A DNA stretch of 64,000 bases from Escherichia coli (GTDB lineage: Bacteria > Bacillota_I > Bacilli_A > RFN20 > CAG-826): NCBI GenBank assembly GCA_963630675.1, contig CAVGNR010000009.1, positions 886 through 64,885 on the forward strand. The letters run 5' to 3'. Both the position numbers and the translations under genes were made by a program. This document shows positions 57,692 to 64,000 of the stretch, piece after piece. Positions within the stretch are counted from its first letter, which is position 1. Every line of letters starts with the position of its first letter. Below the pieces are notes generated by a model, which did no database searches, was not told the origin of the DNA, and saw nothing but the letters and a program-made list of their open reading frames with translations.

Positions 57692-60595
57692 CTACCTGGT
57701 TTTTAAAGAAATTCTAAATTTGAGAGAATATTCTTTCTCTCCATCAAGTTCATATTGAGGGTGGACTTTTGCTCCCCAGGAATCATCTCCTCCGATACCA
57801 CGCATTGCCGCGTAAATCGTGAGATGATTTTTTCGTGAAAGAGGAAGCTCATCCATATGCATCGCATTATCTATTTCAAATTCATCGTTTGGAAGATATT
57901 TGAAAGAGAAAGGACGATCGATTGCTTCGAAAACTAATACATGGGTCTCGTCAATTGGCACTTCAACAAACCTCGCCTCCTCACGGTTACCACATTCTTG
58001 AGGAATGGAATAAGGAAGAAGCTCTTTTGAAACCTTAGAAGAATAGAAGCCTAAATTCTCTCCAGCTAAGCGGTCGGGATAAGAATCAAGTGGACCCAAG
58101 GCATAATAATCAAAGGATGAGTATTCTTTTTTAAGTGGGAAATCGAGACCGAAAGCAGGTAAAGAAGGCATTCCTTTAACACCATGATAACGAATCTCCA
58201 CATCAAGATAGCGGCCTTTTTTTAATTCGTAGATGACTTCTGCTGTTGCACCAAATCCTCCAACCATGTAGGTGAAGATTACCTTTTGACCCTCTTGTTT
58301 AACTTGGAAAGGAGCGTTCCATTTAGAGATGCCCATATAGATAGAAGAATAAAGCGCAAAAAGATTTCCACGATCATTATCGCTAATAGGACGATAGAAG
58401 GTTGGACGGACTTGTGAAGCAAGAATTTCCTTGCCATTTATTTCTATTCCTACAAGGCCACTAATTAAACCAGATTTTGAAAAAACGAATGCAAAACCCT
58501 CGTCTTTTAATGAGAAATAACGACAAGAATCAACGAATTCCATAGGCTTTCTCTCTTCACTTGGTTGATAAGAGAAAGCTCTCTTCTCATCAAAAATAAT
58601 CTCAGATTGATTTAATTTGTTCTTAACTCTGATTCTTCTTGTGTGTTCATTTCCTAACTCTTCATAAGGTAAGGTAAGTCTTTCTTCACCTTTCCAAGAA
58701 ATCTTTGTTTCTTTGACCTTTTTGCCGTTTACTAAATCTTCTAAGAACAAAGAAAAATCTTTATAAGAGTGGTTGGGATCTAAAGCAAAAGTTGCTTCTG
58801 CGTTTTCAAAATGAATTTGTAATGGAGAATACATTACATTTACGGTTCTTAGTTTGGAGGAACGTTTTGCTTCTTTTCTATCGGAGAATAAAATGCCATT
58901 GCAATTGAAGTTCAAATCATTTGGAACGTCATTTGAATCTCCTCCATAGCGAAGCTTCCCCTCTACATCTATTCCTTGGTCGATATAATCCCAAATGAAA
59001 CCGCCTAACGCATTCGGATATTGTCTAAATAGGTACATGTATTCATCGAAATTCCCCAAAGAATTCCCCATCGCATGTTCATATTCGCATTCTAAAACAG
59101 GTTTATCTGGGTGCTCTTTAAGGTAAGCTTCTAACTTTTCAGGTGGCAAATACATGAATGATTTCATGCTTACATAATCGCTTAATTCGGAATCAGCTTG
59201 TTCGGGTTCGTAATGAATCCAACGTTTCTTGTCTTTGCTTTGGAAATAGTTGGAAAGCTTTTTGATGTTTTCTCCGCCTCCGGATTCATTTCCTAAACTC
59301 CAAGAGAAAATGCAAACGTTATTTTTGTCTCTTTCATACATAGAAGAGGCGCGATCTAGTGCAATCTTTTCCCATTTAGGATTAGAACCAGGAAGATACT
59401 GGCTCTTATCTCCGTTTGCTCCTTGAACTCTAGAATGGGATTCAATGCAGCATTCATCCATAACATAGAAACCCATCCTGTTTGCTAGTTCATAGAACTT
59501 CTTATCGTTAGGATAATGGGATGTTCTTATGGCATTAACGTTGTTTTTCTTTAATAATTCAAGATCAAAAATGAGATCTTCATAAGGAACATGATGACCA
59601 TGTTTATGACTGATTTCATGACGGTTTACTCCTTTGATTAATAAAGGCTTTCCGTTCCACATAGCGGACCCGTGTATGATTTCTTGATGAGAAAAACCAA
59701 TTTCTGTAGATGAAGTTTCCTCTTGATCACCATTTTTTAAAGTAATGGTTAACCAATATAAATTTGGATGTTCTGCGGACCAAGGGAGGATGTTTTTAAT
59801 TTCTTTATAGAAGGAGAAGGACGGACTCTTTACAAGAATCTCTTCGTTGAAATACGTTTTATCACCCTTACAAAGTGAAATTTGAGCTAAACAATCTTGC
59901 GATACTCTTCCTTGAATAGAGATTTTGCCGTCTTTAAAACCATGGATAAGGTCGGTTTTAACATCCACATCTTCAAGATGAGTTTCAGGAATGGCTACGA
60001 TAGAAACGTCACGGAATATTCCGGATAACTTCCAGAAGTCTTGATCTAAAATCCATGAAGAAGAGGAAAAACGGAAATTGTAGATTACCAATTCATTATT
60101 TTCTTCCAAATAAGGTGTTAAATCGAACTCTGAATCCACATACAGTCTTGTGGAATAGCCAATGAAATGACCATTTAAAAATACATATATTGCCGTTTCA
60201 AAACCATCTAGGCGTAATCGATATTCTTTCCCTTTGAATTCTTTTGGAAGGGTGAATCTCTTTCGATAAATATTCACAGGATCGTGTAGGAGATTTATCT
60301 CACCGGGATTTAGCTTTTCTTTCCCTTCCCAAGGATAATCGACGTTTGTATAAATAAGATCTTCAGGAACCTCAATTTCAGCGGAATTTGGAACGTTCAC
60401 TTTTCTAAATGCAAGCGTTTTGTAATCTAAAAGTTCATCGACCCAACCTTCTGAACGATAAAAATCCCATTCCCCATTTAAAGAAAGAATCGGTTCTTTC
60501 CCCTCAATAAAAAAATGGTGGGAGGAATGCTCTTCTAAAAGATTTACTCCAACCACCTCAGGATTACTTAAATAAGATAAATTCAATGGATCCAT
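57692..60595 (-). CDS. lacZ: GH2 beta-galactosidase
   Basis: 967 aa. Carries the WSLGNESG acid/base motif and a GH2 TIM-barrel followed by a Bgal small-N domain. Confidence 0.8.
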   Translation of the reverse strand: MDPLNLSYLSNPEVVGVNLLEEHSSHHFFIEGKEPILSLNGEWDFYRSEGWVDELLDYKTLAFRKVNVPNSAEIEVPEDLIYTNVDYPWEGKEKLNPGEINLLHDPVNIYRKRFTLPKEFKGKEYRLRLDGFETAIYVFLNGHFIGYSTRLYVDSEFDLTPYLEENNELVIYNFRFSSSSWILDQDFWKLSGIFRDVSIVAIPETHLEDVDVKTDLIHGFKDGKISIQGRVSQDCLAQISLCKGDKTYFNEEILVKSPSFSFYKEIKNILPWSAEHPNLYWLTITLKNGDQEETSSTEIGFSHQEIIHGSAMWNGKPLLIKGVNRHEISHKHGHHVPYEDLIFDLELLKKNNVNAIRTSHYPNDKKFYELANRMGFYVMDECCIESHSRVQGANGDKSQYLPGSNPKWEKIALDRASSMYERDKNNVCIFSWSLGNESGGGENIKKLSNYFQSKDKKRWIHYEPEQADSELSDYVSMKSFMYLPPEKLEAYLKEHPDKPVLECEYEHAMGNSLGNFDEYMYLFRQYPNALGGFIWDYIDQGIDVEGKLRYGGDSNDVPNDLNFNCNGILFSDRKEAKRSSKLRTVNVMYSPLQIHFENAEATFALDPNHSYKDFSLFLEDLVNGKKVKETKISWKGEERLTLPYEELGNEHTRRIRVKNKLNQSEIIFDEKRAFSYQPSEERKPMEFVDSCRYFSLKDEGFAFVFSKSGLISGLVGIEINGKEILASQVRPTFYRPISDNDRGNLFALYSSIYMGISKWNAPFQVKQEGQKVIFTYMVGGFGATAEVIYELKKGRYLDVEIRYHGVKGMPSLPAFGLDFPLKKEYSSFDYYALGPLDSYPDRLAGENLGFYSSKVSKELLPYSIPQECGNREEARFVEVPIDETHVLVFEAIDRPFSFKYLPNDEFEIDNAMHMDELPLSRKNHLTIYAAMRGIGGDDSWGAKVHPQYELDGEKEYSLKFRISLKTR

Positions 60596-61053
60596 ATGTA
60601 TTTCCTCTAGTTAATTCTCTTAGAAATGGAAAGGGAATGCAAAGAAGAAAGAAAAAAGATGTCAACGAGGACATCTTGTTAAGTGCTTGTTTCGTCTTGC
60701 CCCGTTAAACTTTCGCGACGAGGCATTGACTGTAGGCATATGACGGACCCCAAACTAGCCCAACTATCTTTACGGTAGGGAGGTCCATTTCTGTTCCTGT
60801 GACTTTATTATAGGGACGGTTTTAACATTTGCAAGTCCTTTTTATAAAAAATTAGGTAAGGAAAATGTAAATAATTAAGTAGGCTTTTTAGGGTTTTGAA
60901 TTCAAAATTCGTATTTGCTTAGGAATTATCTATATTTTTATGTTTTAAACAAAACAATCGCGTTTGTTCTTCTTTGTTTAAAATAGTCCGATTTTGTTCA
61001 TTCATTGTTTTGGCAATGCTTTCTAACATTAAGTTGATTTTGAGGAGGAAAAT

Positions 61054-61662
61054 ATGAATAACAAAATCAAAATAATGGCCGGTCTAGCTTGTGCGTTTGC
61101 TTTGACTTCGTGCGGTGGAAAAGGAAATAATAGAGAAGAAACTATTCAAAGAACAAAGGAGATTATTTCCACGAATTCTTCTTACGATAAGAATGAAGGG
61201 AAACTTCTTATTTATGAGAAGAGCGAGAACAACTTTGGGCTTGCAGAAATTTATCTCGAACCAGGCGACACGGAGGCGATGAATATAACAATACGGACTG
61301 AGATAACATTTAACAGCAAATATAATAGCTATGTAAACGACGCCCAAATGCCAATAGATTTATACGCCAAAACCGATTATAGATATAATTTGACTTTTGC
61401 TATAAGAGGCAATTATGACTATGAAAACTCTACTTTTCCGTTTATGTATACTGCATCCGCAAAAGTTGGTTTAGATTATGTAAAGGGCTCAAATAACTAT
61501 CAGCTGCTTGATGAGAATTATAAGAATAAGAATAATTGTCCTATTACGAAAGAAGATAGCAGGGATCTATTAAATCTTATTCTTATTCTTAGTTTCGAAG
61601 GTACAAAAGATTTCTTTGCCAAAAACAATTTAGACTTTTCCGTTCCGTATCCAAATTATTGA
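61054..61662 (+). CDS. lipoprotein, function unknown
   Basis: Lipobox FALTSCGG. 202 aa. Confidence 0.5.
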   Translation: MNNKIKIMAGLACAFALTSCGGKGNNREETIQRTKEIISTNSSYDKNEGKLLIYEKSENNFGLAEIYLEPGDTEAMNITIRTEITFNSKYNSYVNDAQMPIDLYAKTDYRYNLTFAIRGNYDYENSTFPFMYTASAKVGLDYVKGSNNYQLLDENYKNKNNCPITKEDSRDLLNLILILSFEGTKDFFAKNNLDFSVPYPNY

Positions 61663-61687
61663 AAAAGTAATAGGGGGAAAGAAAAAA

Positions 61688-61716
61688 GGTCACGACGTAG
61701 CGCCGTGACCTTTTTA
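61688..61716. terminator. bidirectional hairpin terminator
   Basis: GGTCACG-ACGTAGCGC-CGTGACC flanked by an A-run and a T-run, between convergent genes. Confidence 0.65.
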
Positions 61717-61726
61717 GTTAAAAAAT

Positions 61727-63076
<1,350 letters not shown>

Positions 63077-63297
63077 TTATTCGATTTTTAAACATGCTTA
63101 CATAGTAAGCGACTAGATTATAGAGCAAAAAAGTTCTCTCTAGCATGAGAATTAATAAATTAACGATTTATCGATAGATATTTTTCCTGAGTAAAAACAG
63201 AAAATGGTTTTGATAATGTCAGAAAATATCTGGTTTTTGCTAAGGATTTATTAGAAATTTTGTTTTTCAATGACGCTTTAGCCTTACAAAATGTGCA

Positions 63298-63996
63298 GTG
63301 AAAGAATCTTCTTTCGCTTATAATGATTTCATGATTCAAGACTGGAAAGAACTCTTCGAGAGGATTCATTCGGAAGAATATGCAAAAAGCTTAAAAAGAT
63401 TTCTTGATGCTGAATATCAGCAAAATGTGATTTATCCACCAAGGGATATGGTTTTTCAAGCCTTTAAACTGACTTCCCCAAAAGATTTAAAAGTCGTTAT
63501 TATTGGGCAGGATCCTTATCATAATCCAGGACAAGCCATGGGTATGTCCTTCTCTGTCCCTAGAGGGATGCCTTTACCACCCTCTCTTATCAATATTTAT
63601 AAAGAGATTGAAAAAGACGTTCACGTTCCTATGAACTTTGAAAACGGAGATCTCACTCCTTGGGCGAAACAAGGCGTCTTGTTATTAAACGCCTATTTGA
63701 CCGTAAGGGCAGGGGTTCCTTTATCTCATAAGAGACCTGAATACGATCGCTTTATTAGTGATGTTCTTAATTACATTGAAAGCCTTGATCAGCCGATTGT
63801 TTATATGCTTTGGGGTGGCTTTGCTAAAAAGTACGAAAGCAAAGTAAAAAATCCTAAGCATCTTGTTTTGAAAGCGGCTCACCCATCTCCTTTAAGTGCA
63901 AACCAAGGTGGATGGTTCGGAAAACATCTTTTTAGCCAATGTAATCAATACTTGTCAGAAAACGAATTAAAAGAGATTGATTGGCAAATAAAATAG
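63298..63996 (+). CDS. ung: uracil-DNA glycosylase
   Basis: GQDPYH water-activating motif and HPSPLS leucine-intercalation loop. Confidence 0.85.
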   Translation: MKESSFAYNDFMIQDWKELFERIHSEEYAKSLKRFLDAEYQQNVIYPPRDMVFQAFKLTSPKDLKVVIIGQDPYHNPGQAMGMSFSVPRGMPLPPSLINIYKEIEKDVHVPMNFENGDLTPWAKQGVLLLNAYLTVRAGVPLSHKRPEYDRFISDVLNYIESLDQPIVYMLWGGFAKKYESKVKNPKHLVLKAAHPSPLSANQGGWFGKHLFSQCNQYLSENELKEIDWQIK

Positions 63997-64000
63997 CAAG

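Overview
This window is about 64 kb of a low-GC bacterial chromosome that uses the standard genetic code: TGA is a stop (for example at the dnaB/next-gene ATGA overlap) and Trp is TGG. The abundance of lipobox lipoproteins with Ser-rich linkers and the gene content suggest an Acholeplasma- or Erysipelotrichia-like Firmicute; this is inference only. The window starts in a conserved replication/translation locus, rpsF-ssb-rpsR-[hipBA insertion]-gdpP-rplI-dnaB-MBL hydrolase-rlmH. Next come a hypothetical gene, a membrane protein and a tmRNA (ssrA) gene. Immediately 3' of the tmRNA sits a very AT-rich single-gene islet encoding a membrane-anchored protein with a C-terminal ThsB/DUF1863-like TIR domain, which I take as a candidate stand-alone defense gene. 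Downstream are two secreted proteins (one beta-helix with an Ig-like tail) and a DUF898-like small membrane protein. Four tandem lipoprotein genes follow. A beta-glucoside-type sugar locus lies on both sides of a LacI-family regulator gene: a GH94 cellobiose-phosphorylase-like gene on one side, and an ABC sugar importer plus a second GH94-like phosphorylase on the other. An orphan OmpR-type response regulator separates that locus from a complete pstSCAB-phoU-phoP/phoR phosphate regulon. After tlyA comes a DUF1538 membrane protein with two P-II-like proteins. The remainder holds assorted transporters (GPH/MFS, CvpA, AEC), DegV, a prolyl-aminopeptidase-like hydrolase, ppa, a D-2-hydroxyacid dehydrogenase, a carrier-protein module (acyl-ACP thioesterase, DltC-like carrier protein, adenylate-forming ligase, divergent FAD oxidoreductase), a fused MacB-like ABC transporter, GH2 beta-galactosidase, a lipoprotein, eno and ung. 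No CRISPR array, integrase or transposase was seen.
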